The translations under genes and the position numbers were made by a program. Under the pieces are notes generated by a model. That model did not search any database and was not told the origin of the DNA. It saw only the letters and a program-made list of their open reading frames with translations. Shown piece by piece: positions 40,161-53,013 of a stretch of 64,000 nucleotides of DNA. The DNA comes from Octopus bimaculoides (Eukaryota). The DNA lies in assembly GCF_001194135.2 (NCBI RefSeq), contig NC_068981.1:66582599-66646598 (forward strand), read 5' to 3'. Every line of letters starts with the position of its first letter. Position 1 is the first letter of the stretch.

Positions 40161-40484
40161 ATATTTATTATTATTATTATTATCATTATCTGCCTGTACT
40201 GCCTGACTGGCCTTCGTGCCGGTGGCATGTAAAAGCACCCACTACACTCTCGGAGTGGTTGGCGTTAGGAAGGGCATCCAGTTGTAGAAACTCTGCCAGA
40301 TCAGACTGGAGCCTGGTGTAGCCATCTGGTTCACCAGTCCTCAGTNNNNNNNNNNCTCTGCCAGATCAGACTGGAGCCTGGTGTAGCCATCTGGTTCACC
40401 AGTCCTCAGTCAAATCGTCCAACCCATGCTAGCATGGAAAGCGGACGTTAAACGATGATGATGATGATGATGATTATTATTATT

Positions 40485-40919
40485 AAGGTGGCGAGCTGGC
40501 AGAATCATTAGCATGCTGGGTAAAATGCTTAATGGTATTTTGTCTGCCACTATGTTCTGAGTTCCAATTCTACCAAGGTCAACTTTACCTTTCATCCTTT
40601 CAGGGTCAATAAATCAAGTACCAGTTGAGTACTGAGGTTGATGTAATCAACTATCCCCCTTCCCCCAAATATGAGGCCTTGTGCCTATAGTAGAAAGAAC
40701 TATTAAAGGTGGCGAGCTGGCAGAATTGTTAGCATGCTGGGTGAAATACTTAGCAGTATTTCGTCTGCTGCTATGTTTTGAGTTCAAATTCTGCCAAGGT
40801 CGACTTTGCCTTTCAACCTTTTGGGGTTTATAAATTAAGTACTAGTGAAACACTGGGGTTGATGTAATCAACTAGTCCCCTCCCCACAAATATGAGGTCT
40901 TGTGCCTCCAGTAGAAAGG

Positions 40920-40969
<50 letters not shown>

Positions 40970-41640
40970 CATTATTATTTTAAGCAGAAGATGGCAGAAT
41001 TGTTAAGCGCACTAGGTTACATTCTGTGTTCAAATTCTTCCAAGGTTCAACTTTCATCCCTCTTGGGGGTCAATAAAATAAGTAGCAAGTGAATCCCGGG
41101 GTTGATGTAATTGGCACCGCCCAAAAATATTTGCTAGCCTAGTGCCAAAATTTAAAATCATCATCATCATCATCATTTTTATTGTTAAGGCAGTTAGCTG
41201 GCAGAATTGTTAGTGTGCTGGATGAAATGATTAGCGGTATTTTGCCTGTAGCTACGTTCTGAGTTCAAATCCTGCCGAAGTTGACTTCGCCTTTCATCCT
41301 TTTGGAGTCAATAAATTAAGTACCAGTGAAACACTGGGGTTGATGTAATCAACTAGTCCCCTCCCCGCCAAATTTCAGGCCTTGTGCCTACAGCAGAAAG
41401 GATTATTATTATTATCATTAAGGCTTGGAGTTGGCAGAACTGTTAGCATGCTGGACAAAATGCTGCTAAGCATTTTGTCCATTTTTATGTTCTGAGTTCA
41501 AATTCCTCTGCAGTTGATTTTGCCTTTCATCCTTTTGGGGTTGATGAAATAAATACCAGTTGATCACTAGGGTCAATCTAATTGACTACCCTCCTCCCTC
41601 TGCCCAAATATCAGGCCTTGTGCCTATAGTAGAAAGGATT
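40485..41640 (+). mobile_element. Head-to-tail array of five SINE family B copies (tail type 2, (ATT)n)
   Basis: Heads at ~40485, 40706, 40982, 41187 and 41420. Most copies end ggccttgtgcc..agtagaaagga+(ATT)n. Confidence 0.85.
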
Positions 41641-41679
41641 GTTGCTGTTGTTGTTGTTGTCATTATTATTATTATTATT

Positions 41680-42150
41680 GAGTGAGAGAGCAGTGCATAC
41701 CATCAAAGTGATACAAGGGTAAAATATATGAAGCCCAGTATACTCATCATGACTACCTGTCTAATAAGGATACACCAGGCACATACATCACAACCATATG
41801 TGTGCAACATGGTGACCTTATATCAAGATAAACAGCACATGATCTTGCAGGTGGGACCCAATTAAAATTTTCTTTGGTTTAAGTAGTCTATCCTGAATAA
41901 GGGTTGTTTAAGAATGTTGAATGAAACACCCATGTTTCCAGAGATGAATTATTCAAACCCCAAAAGATTTCCTCTCAACACATGACTATGATGCTCCCCA
42001 ACTACTTCTGCTCATGATCAGAGATGCACATATCGTCAGCCACTATGGGACATGCTCAACTGGTTAAGGTCAAACAACTGACAAGCAAACCTGTGGTAAT
42101 GAGCAGAATATTTGCTGTAGCCCATCTTTTTATACCAAGACAAAACATGT
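41680..42150. mobile_element. Repeat F, second copy (one end missing)
   Basis: Colinear with 33414-33900. Confidence 0.75.
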
Positions 42151-43043
42151 ACATGTGTATTGTAGAAATATAACCAATTTATTGCACAACAACTTTGATA
42201 GCAAAATCTTATATGAACTTCCAGGGGCTATATGGTCCCCAGTTGAGAACCACTTATCTAGAGGTTCATTCACTGGCCTGCTTATGTCTTGTAGTTTTAA
42301 TTACTGTAGTTGTTGTTTAGCCCAACATCAGCACAGATCAAGCAGACCTGTGATCAAAGGCATTTTAACTTTTTATCAGACATAGTGTATCTTGGAATAC
42401 AGGATTCAAAATTCAACAACTTTTTGAGAGGGTATATTGAAATTTGAGTATTTAGCAAGATGGGTGCTAAGAAAGCTTATAGCCATTGTGTTGGCTATAA
42501 GCAATTTGAGGCACTTTGCTTGCATGTGGCCGTTTGTGATATTTTGTATGGCATGTGTAATATCATGATAATATGAACATAAAAGCTTTTTCACTAAAAT
42601 TTTGTAACACAATCTTTTGGGCTGACTTTTAATTTAAACATTTTGTCTCTTTCTTTTTTGCTTCTGAACTTTACAAAAGAATTAAAATCCATGAAAGCAA
42701 GGTAGATTTGGAAAAAGAAAGTATTACATAAAATAGATACACACAAATTAAGTAATGCTTATTTAGAGGAATGTTATCAAGTCTTTTGAAGCCATAAATT
42801 TTTAAAATTCAGAAAATTTCAATTTTCATTGGAAATCAGCTGAATTCAAAGGGATATTCCACAGGCAGGCTTTTGTCTCAACAGTTTTTTTTTGAGAAAT
42901 AACTTGCTCTCAATTGTATTTCGACATCTGCTTGGAACTGTAAATGGTTGTATCACTTGAATTTCTCCAAAGTTTGATATATATCTTTTAAATTTGTTTA
43001 TGGGAAACTTTTATAAATTCCACCCTAGGATTATTGTTGTTAT

Positions 43044-43077
<34 letters not shown>

Positions 43078-43180
43078 TAAAAGGGTATCTGTGAGTGATG
43101 CTATCTGTGAGACTCTCAGCTTTTTTAGCTGCTATTTTCTGAACTTCAGTATATGGTGAAGCAAATATTTTGCTGATCCC

Positions 43181-43255
<75 letters not shown>

Positions 43256-45113
43256 AATATACATAAATGCTGAATGATGAAAATGAGTGCTCAACACTGC
43301 ATTGGTGGATTTAATTTCTTTATTTGGGAATTAAGGCTACCATTGGTTTTATGTTAAGAAAAGTAGGAAAATATCCTAGTGTCTTAACAATTTCTCAAGC
43401 CAATCACATGGAGAAAGGTGTTTGCTTCTATTTTGGAAAACACAGCCATTTTGGCGGCTGAGTTCTGCAAAAGAGACTGAGAAAATAAGTACCAGACTAC
43501 CAGGCTTGATCTGTTTGACAAACCCTTCAAAAGCAGTGCTATAGCATGGTTGTAGTCCAGTGACTAAACAGTTAAAACAATAAAAAGATAAAAAAAAGTT
43601 GTCTCTGGAGTTGTTCCAAAATCTAAAAACAACGAGAAGGGAGAGAACTCCAACAACATCAGCTACTTGAAATTTAAAAAAAATAAAGATGATCTAGTTA
43701 GGAGCGGAACTTTTGTCTTTAGAACCAACTGGTGTCAGCAACTCAACTTACATTCATTAAAATTCAGCCACTAACTATCTGTTAAAAGTTAACTTTTAAG
43801 GTTATTTGAAAAGATAGTTGGTTTTTCTATCATAATTTCATATTTGGCGGGGGGAAGACCTCCCCACCCATTTTTTTGGTTATTTTATTATTTTATTTTT
43901 GTCTGTCTTTTCTGTAAAGTAACTGCTGTTTATTCAGCTTTTTATTGTATCCCATGGTTTCTGAGGTCTACAAGGTCTCAGCATTCATGCTGTCATTGAT
44001 TTCAGTTTAAGAGCTGTTTGTTTTTTGTTCTCATAAATTGCTCTCATATTCTTTAACTCCCCTCAGTTTACCTAATTGGAAATAATAGTGCCAAGTCAAA
44101 GAGGGCGGAAGCAATCAACAACCAAAGTCTGAGGAAACTAGTCATGATTTTTGTTTCCCTCCTTCTCCTCTCAATTTGAAAAAAGTTTATAAAACTCATA
44201 AAATAATTCTACAGCATAAGTTCCTGTCACATATGAGATGTCTGAGGTATTTGTTTTGATATTTTGGGAAAATTGAAAACAGGCCATATCTGAAGTGTCA
44301 GATAACATTTCTCTGTATGGTATACAAATTTATTTCATAAATTTTATATAGATGACTGTTTAGTAACTTGCTATATCATGTGATCACATGATCAATCAGG
44401 CTATCAGATGTTGTTACACATCGCTGGTTACAGTGTGCTTTTGCATTGTTTTAGCCTTCGAATGACACCGCCCTGCTGGCTATGCGAGCAGGCCAACATT
44501 CCCCACTGATCAAAGGGGGACTGGGGCAATGTGAAATGAAATTTTTTGTTTAAGAACACAATGCACTGCCCAGTCAGGGAATTGAACTCATGACCTAGCA
44601 ATCATGAGTGCAACAGTCTAATCACTAGGTCACATGCCTTCTCACTTGCTATATAATTCAATAAAATCATAATAATTTAAGAAAATTATAATGCAGGCAT
44701 AGAGCAACCTTTTTTGAGGAGTGGGCTGCATAAGACATGCCTCATCATCAGGTAAGCTGCACTGCTAAAAACAAGATTCAAGGTAAAATTTAGTTAGGTA
44801 TATCATTCAGAAAGTCCCATGAGCTGCAGTTTGCCTGTGAATGTTGTAATGAATGAGGGAGGTCAGACTGGGATTTTCATGATATATCAATGAGGAAACA
44901 ATCATATTTCATTTAATTTTACTGGCTGATTGTGACCTTATTGCTGTTGCCGCTTAGCATCAGGTCAAATCTACTTGAGCAAGCCTTGATCACAGGCATT
45001 CCAACCATGACCATCCTGTATTTTTGGGATCGGTAAAATTTCATTATTCAGTGCTTCTTATCCTTTCCCAAGATGGTTGGGCATGATTTGAGGTATTCTG
45101 GCTGCTACTTCTA

Positions 45114-45343
45114 TTTCTTTACTGCCCACAAGGGGCTTCACACAGAGGGGACAAACAAGGACAGACAAATGGATTAAGTCGGTTGTATCGACCCCTGTGC
45201 GTAACTGGTACTTATTTAATCGACCCCGAAAGGATGAAAGGCAAAGTCGACCTCAGCCAAATTTGAACTCAGAACATAGCGGCAGACGAAATACCGCTAA
45301 GCATTTCACCTGGCGTGCTAATGTTTCTGCCAGCGCGCCGCCT
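45114..45343 (-). mobile_element. SINE family B (tail type 1) with a 15-bp TSD, nested in another repeat
   Basis: TSD tggctgctacttcta at 45099-45113 and 45344-45358. Head aaggcggcgcgctggcagaaac..., B box gagttcaaat. Confidence 0.9.
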
Positions 45344-46205
45344 TGGCTGCTACTTCTAGGAGGTCAAATAACCACGTAGAAGCTCCCTCATTGGTTCTCT
45401 TGTCTTTGTGTTATTCTGACCTGGCAAGTGGTTGTGGTTTGTGCAAATTTGGCTATCAGCCTTGTAGTTCAATGATCATGGTTTGTTATTCCATAGCAAC
45501 AGGGCATACTGTTCTTTATTAAAGCAATTGACTCTTACCAAACTAGTTCATCTAGTTATAAATAGATGCCATGGATATCTATTTATAGAATCTTAGATTA
45601 CATAACTATAACAGCTTGTGAGCATTAATGGATGTGGTTGTGTCTTGTTGTTAGCACTGCAATATCTCTATGAATAAAGCTAATGCTGTATGTCTTATTA
45701 CTGGCACTGCAGTGTTACCATGACCATGTTGATATTTAATGTCCTGTTTCATAGTGCCATTGCAACGTCACTATCAATCAATTTGACATTTCATGTTGCA
45801 CAATTAACTCTACAACTTCTCTTTGATCAAATTGACAATTGACATAATGTCATTGACTCTGTAATGTTATAATGAGTTGGAACTTGATGTCTTGTCATTG
45901 ACATTTCACTCTAGTCATGAACCAAGTTGACAATCCATATCGTATCGACACTCTACTGTTACTTTGAGAAAGTTGGCAGTTCATGACTTGTCATTGACAC
46001 CACAATGTCTCCATGACCAAATTGACTAGTTATGCTTTGTTAGACACCGCAGGGCTTTAACATTTCAATGACCAAGTCCAAGAAGTTGGAATTTGTTTTG
46101 TGTGTGTGCAGCAGCAGCAGTACTATAGCCTAACTTGCACTGCTGTTGGAATAAAATCTTCCTCTCCTCCAGGAGAGAAAGATTTTATTCCAACAGAATT
46201 TGAAC

Positions 46206-46546
46206 ATAGAGCGAGATCGTTGCCAGTGCCGCTGGACTGGCTTCTGTGCAGGTGGCACGTAAAATACACCATTTTGAGCGTGGCCGTTGCCAATACCGCC
46301 TGACTGGCCTTTGTGCCAGTGGCCTGTAAAAGCATCCACTACACTCTCGGAGTGGTTGGTGTGAGGAAGGGCATCCAGCTGTAGAAACTCTGCCAAATCA
46401 GATTGGAGCTTGGTGTAGCCATCTGGTTCACNNNNNNNNNNCCAAATCAGATTGGAGCTTGGTGTAGCCATCTGGTTCACCAGTCCTCAGTCAAATCGTC
46501 CAACCCATGCTAGCATGGAAAGCAGACGTTAAACGAACGAACGATG
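46206..46546 (+). mobile_element. (GAT)n-tailed LINE-3'UTR-like repeat, young subfamily
   Basis: gtggttggtgtgaggaagggcatccagctgtagaaac...catgctagcatggaaagc. Young CpG-rich copies also at 27046-27460(-), 40197-40472, 57852-58127 and 61850-62106; older copies at 7865-8420(-), 12976-13197(-), 31610-31832, 38145-38370(-), 50690-50890 and 53880-54140. Confidence 0.8.
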
Positions 46547-46997
46547 AGGGAGCAATTTATCTCTCATCTGTTTAAAGCTAAATGTAAGCCCTTGTATAGA
46601 ATTTACAATAACATTATAAAACATTCTCGTATGTGATTAGCTTTAGATTATAAATGTAGAAACATTGAAAAATATGTAAATAAATTATCAAGCTGTAGAT
46701 TGAAGCAAATGCAGCTATGAAAAAATAGTTTATAATATATCAGATTAAAAAAACTGCTTGAATGGAAAAAAACATCCCCCAAAAGCTGAAAGCTATGCAT
46801 TGGATTTAAACTACACATTTTGTATTAAAATGCCAATTTGGTACCATGACAGTTGAGAAGAAATGTAATACACTTTTCAATGTGTGAAAAGTATTTTAAG
46901 TCTGTGGAAACACCAAGGCTGGGAATTCAGTATACAAAAGATTCAGGCTCCCAAATCCAACTTTTCAATTAATTGCATACCTTACCCCAACTCTATT

Positions 46998-47475
<478 letters not shown>

Positions 47476-48351
47476 GTAGTATCACCAACACCATCTCCTT
47501 GTTTCATGGTATCACCAACTCTAACTTCTCTGTTTGTAATTAGACTTATCACATGTTTTTTTATATCGATTCAAAGCACACAATGTTTAGAGATATTGTA
47601 AACTCTCAGGTTAGTTTTTAATACCCTAACCTGTAAAATTTGGGTTTAAAGGCTACAGCTTTGCCTTTGTAGCATTTCTGTCTTGTATTATTCATTAAAG
47701 AATTTACAAACAATTAAGCATAAGACAAAAAAAAAACACAGAAAATAAAAAAAGAAAGAGGCTGTTTTTATCAAAAGGCTACAAAGTGAAAAGGATATCA
47801 AAGAAATCAACTATAAAAATACTATAAAAGAAAATCAGGAACATCTCTGTTTACCATTTCAAAAATTGTCAACTACATCAAAGTTAAAACTAAAAAAAGT
47901 GAACACCTAAAGCAACTTAACAAATGACCATTTAAAAGAAATAAACTCAATTAGATACATAACCCTTCCTTTTAAAGATTAAAGCATTGTTTGAATATAA
48001 AATTTAAGTGGATGTAACATGAAAGATTATGTTAAATGAGATGATACACCCCCCCCCCCCCCNNNNNNNNNNNNNNCCACACACAGTGAATTGTAATGGT
48101 TTATTATAGGTGCAGTATAGGAAAGTGAAGTTCTCTTGACTTCACAGTCACAAGGCTCCAGGTTTGATCCATCTGAGTGGCATCTTGAGCAGGCATCATT
48201 TTTATAATTGTGGCTCAGTATGCCTTTTACGTACCAATTCATTGAATCTGGTAAGGACAGTTGATCAAACAGCTGGAAACTCATGGTCAGAAATTCTGAC
48301 TGAGATCTATTATATGTGTGTGCGTGCATTCGCATATGTATATATGTGTGC

Positions 48352-48423
<72 letters not shown>

Positions 48424-48611
48424 GCGTGTGTTTGTATAGATATGTATATAATTTTATCTTGTATTTATTGTATATTAACATAGCAAGTCCATAACAGATG
48501 TTATCTCTGGACAAATATTGCAGTAACTGCGCCTATTAACAGTGTATATACATTAAATATGATACACAAATGGTTATTTTATGTGAATACTGTCTCATTT
48601 GCATATATCAG

Positions 48612-48777
48612 ATAGGCGCAGGACTGGCTGTGTAGTAAGTAAGCTTGCTTACCAACCACATGGTGCCGGGTTCAGTCCCACTGCGTGGCACTTTGGGCAA
48701 GTGTCTTCTACTATAGCTTCAGGCTGACCAAAGCCTTGTGAGTGGATTTGGTAGACGGAAACTGAAAGAAGCCTGTC

Positions 48778-48825
<48 letters not shown>
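48612..48825 (+). mobile_element. SINE family A, young copy (CpGs retained), runs into a gap
   Basis: ggcgcaggactggctgtgtagtaag...gggttcagtcccactgcgtggcactttgggcaag. Confidence 0.85.
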
Positions 48826-49903
48826 NNNNNNNNNNNNNNNNNNNNNNNNNNNNNNNNNNNNNNNNNNNNNNNNNNNNNNNNNNNNNNNNNNNNNNNNNNN
48901 NNNNNNNNNNNNNNNNNNNNNNNNNNNNNNNNNNNNNNNNNNNNNNNNNNNNNNNNNNNNNNNNNNNNNNNNNNNNNNNNNNNNNNNNNNNNNNNNNNNN
49001 NNNNNNNNNNNNNNNNNNNNNNNNNNNNNNNNNNNNNNNNNNNNNNNNNNNNNNNNNNNNNNNNNNNNNNNNNNNNNNNNNNNNNNNNNNNNNNNNNNNN
49101 NNNNNNNNNNNNNNNNNNNNNNNNNNNNNNNNNNNNNNNNNNNNNNNNNNNNNNNNNNNNNNNNNNNNNNNNNNNNNNNNNNNNNNNNNNNNNNNNNNNN
49201 NNNNNNNNNNNNNNNNNNNNNNNNNNNNNNNNNNNNNNNNNNNNNNNNNNNNNNNNNNNNNNNNNNNNNNNNNNNNNNNNNNNNNNNNNNNNNNNNNNNN
49301 NNNNNNNNNNNNNNNNNNNNNNNNNNNNNNNNNNNNNNNNNNNNNNNNNNNNNNNNNNNNNNNNNNNNNNNNNNNNNNNNNNNNNNNNNNNNNNNNNNNN
49401 NNNNNNNNNNNNNNNNNNNNNNNNNNNNNNNNNNNNNNNNNNNNNNNNNNNNNNNNNNNNNNNNNNNNNNNNNNNNNNNNNNNNNNNNNNNNNNNNNNNN
49501 NNNNNNNNNNNNNNNNNNNNNNNNNNNNNNNNNNNNNNNNNNNNNNNNNNNNNNNNNNNNNNNNNNNNNNNNNNNNNNNNNNNNNNNNNNNNNNNNNNNN
49601 NNNNNNNNNNNNNNNNNNNNNNNNNNNNNNNNNNNNNNNNNNNNNNNNNNNNNNNNNNNNNNNNNNNNNNNNNNNNNNNNNNNNNNNNNNNNNNNNNNNN
49701 NNNNNNNNNNNNATATATACGTACAAATATATGCATACCTACATCTACCTGTATATATAGGTGCATATCTGGGTACAGGACGTTGCAAACAAAACGTAGA
49801 CAAAAAATAATAATAACCAGAGTACAGAAAACACACAGGCCACATAGAGAACATTTTCCTTCATCAGCTGCCACCATTCTAACACAGGCGTTTATATATA
49901 CAT

Positions 49904-50112
49904 ATGCATATATGGGTACAGGATATCACCAACAATAAACAAAATGAACTACGAAAACAAATGAGTTCAATACACAAACAACAAGAGAAACAAATGGTAA
50001 ACAAGACAAGTAACACAAAGAATGTCCCTTCATCTTGTTTGTGTATTGAACTCATTTGTTTTCGTATTTCATGTTGTTTACTGTTGGTGACGTCCTGTAC
50101 CTGTATATGCAT
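49904..50112. repeat. Inverted repeat with 78-bp arms and a 53-nt spacer
   Basis: 49904-49981 versus 50035-50112, with a 32-bp perfect inner core (tacgaaaacaaatgagttcaatacacaaacaa). Confidence 0.9.
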
Positions 50113-50135
50113 GTGTGTACATATTTATATGTATA

Positions 50136-50190
<55 letters not shown>

Positions 50191-51992
50191 CAGTGGACTG
50201 AGATGTTTGGTGTCATGGGGTTCTTGAGAAGACCTGCCCACCTTAGTGAAATTGAGTGTTGGAAGAGCTATGTATCCCCCCTCCCCATTGAATCAAATTA
50301 CATCTCTTCATTTACTGTGCTTGTCTCTTCCCCTGCTGCTCCTGCAAGCCAATACTGCTTCGTCATTTCTCTCTCCTGTCCTCTCCTTGCCAACTGTATC
50401 ATTGATTATGATCTGGCTCCCATGTATACTCCTCTTCACCACTCATCACAATCCCACTCTCCTCCCCTCTCTCCCTCTGCACTTTCATGAACTCCCTGTT
50501 CACGCTGTCCAGTCCTCTGTACCTCTCCACTTATATTCACCTCCGTTTACCTTGAAGGTATGCCCTGGCACATTTCACTACTTCCTCTCTCTCTCTCTCT
50601 GACTTGGGTAACCTTGTATCTCTTCTACAGCCAGACACCTAATTCTGTCCCTCTATTATAGTTTATCCCCTCAGTTGAGGGATCTTTGTCTTGCAAGTTA
50701 CTTGGTGACCCTTCTAGTGCTGGTATCATGTAAAAAGCATCCAATATAATCTGTAAAGTGATTAGCATAAGGAAGGGCATCCTGCTATAGAAGAAGCCAT
50801 GCCAAATTGCCTGCAGAGCCTAGTGTAGCCCTTTTGCTTGCCAGCTCCTGTCAACCTATCCAATCCATTCCAGCATGGAAAACGATGGGCCTCTTTCAGT
50901 TTCCATCAGCCAGATCTACTGACATAGCTTTGATCATTCCAAGGTTAGTAGAAGACGTCTATCAAAGGTGCCATGGTGAGGTATTGAACCTGAAATCATA
51001 TTGTTGGGAAGCACACTTCTTAACGCACATCCATGCCTGTGCCTACAATATATATATATATATATATATATATGGATGTCTGTTGAACTTGCTTCCCTAT
51101 TAATATGCTGACCAAAATAGACATAGTATAGAAGCTACGAAAGAAAAAAGAGTAAATGAAACAAAATCGTTTGTTTATAATACAGTTGTCAAAACATGCA
51201 AAATATTTCTAATGCATCAATCAGAACAAGATTTTGTAGAGGAGATTTAACAGTGATTGATACAAACATACACAACAACAGAGAAACAAGGAGAGAAAAT
51301 AAACAAGTAAGGTAGGTGAAATGACGTGTCTTATAAATGCTAAAACAAGCAAGAATGGGAGAAAATATTTAAAGAAATATGATTTCTTTTATATAGGAAA
51401 GGAATTTTCTCATAAAACAGCTGGGGGCTTAGATGCATTAGAGCAAAGTGATTAGTTTGGTCTTTTAAAAATAATTTTCAAATCAAGGCAAATTTAGCCA
51501 AAATTTTTAATCACTTGCATCAGTGAAATCCTAATATCACTTTTAGTTTTAAAAATGAGTTAAAATCAATATGAGCTATGAAATTATTAAAATTTCAGCT
51601 TTTCAGTTGACTTTTCAATATTGTTTTTGCATAATGCAAATGTAGTTGCGGAAAAAAAAATGTAAATTGAATAAAATGAAGTCAAAATTTTCTTTATTAG
51701 TTATTAAAATTTAGTAGGTAATTTGATCAATTATGGAAGAAAGAATAAAGAAGTTCACATTATGAGTTGTTGCTTAGCCCCAAGTCAACTCGGATTGAAC
51801 AGAACTATGATCAAATGGGGTCCCACCATCTTTTCTGTATTTTGGCAATTACACTGTCCATTGTATCCTGATTTCTTTAAAACAGTTGGTGTGATTTGAA
51901 GAAGTTTTATTGCTGTTTCCAGCAAGCTGAGTGATCATGTAGAGGCTATTCTGTTTGCTTGTCCTTTATGAGTTCAATGTAGTATGTACAGT

Positions 51993-52376
51993 GGAGGCGC
52001 AATGGCCCAGTGGTTAGAGCAGTGGACTCGCGGTCATAGGATCACGGTTTCGATTCCCTGACTGGACATTGTGAGTGTTTATTGAGCGAAAACACCTAAA
52101 GCTCCACAAGGCTCCAGCAGGGGATGGTGGCGAACCCTGCTGTACTCTTTCACCACAACTTTCTCTCACTCTTTCTTCCTGTTTCTGTTGTACATGTACT
52201 TCAAAGGGTCATCCTTGTCACACTGTGTCACGTTGAATATCCCCAAGAACTACGTTAAGGGTAGATGTGTCTGTGGAGTGCTCAGCCACTTGCACGTTAA
52301 TTTCACAAGCAGGCTGTTCCGTTGATTGGATCAACTGGAACCCTTGACGTCGTAAGCGATGGAGTGCCAACAACAA
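51993..52376 (+). mobile_element. tRNA-derived SINE family C, full-length
   Basis: ggaggcgcaatggcccagtggttagagc (A box), ggtttcgattccc (B box), (CAA)n tail. Confidence 0.8.
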
Positions 52377-52973
52377 GTATGTACAGTTTATGTTATGGAA
52401 TATGACATTATACAAACATTGGTGTTAGTAATTCTGTTACTGGCTTAAGTTGTTGGACTGTGGCCATGTTGGAGCACCATTGCCTTCTAGGTTTTCAGAT
52501 CATATTGACTCCAATATTTATTTTAGTATGGTATTTATTTTACTGTATCTGTTTATCAAAATGATCATGTTACCAAGGGATGCAGCTTGATGCATCCATT
52601 TTCACTGGTACATATATACATGCATGCACACTCTTTGGTTTTAACAAATATGAGAAAAAGTATGCAATCCCAAAGGAGAATTTAATAGTTTACATAGGCT
52701 AATTCAGTAACCTGTTACTCTGGAGGTTCCTTTCTCATGTTGATTTTTCAGACAGGAATAGACTGGATGATGGGTAAAAATATTACTGCAATGATAGATA
52801 GACTTGGACACACGGTTGGCTGAATTCACAAGCTGGTTTTTGACTGGGGTCAATCAAGGAGAAACACAAGATGAGGAAGTGAGAGAAAGGAATTACTTTG
52901 GTAATTCTTGGTATTGATCATCTCTCTTCCTTGCATGCTAAGCAGCCATTAGTTTGCTTGTGTGTATGCATAG

Positions 52974-53013
<40 letters not shown>

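Noticed and set aside
40291-40410. Exact 55-bp direct repeat across a 10-N gap (similarly 46393-46480, 39 bp)
   Set aside because: Typical unmerged contig overlap; assembly artefact.
42475-42502. 11-bp perfect hairpin (also 45557-45587)
   Set aside because: Short stems like this are expected by chance; no Helitron CTRR end or other context.
51993-52070. tRNA-like sequence
   Set aside because: No closing acceptor stem, and it continues into a SINE body; SINE head, not a tRNA gene. The same applies to the heads of families A, B and D.
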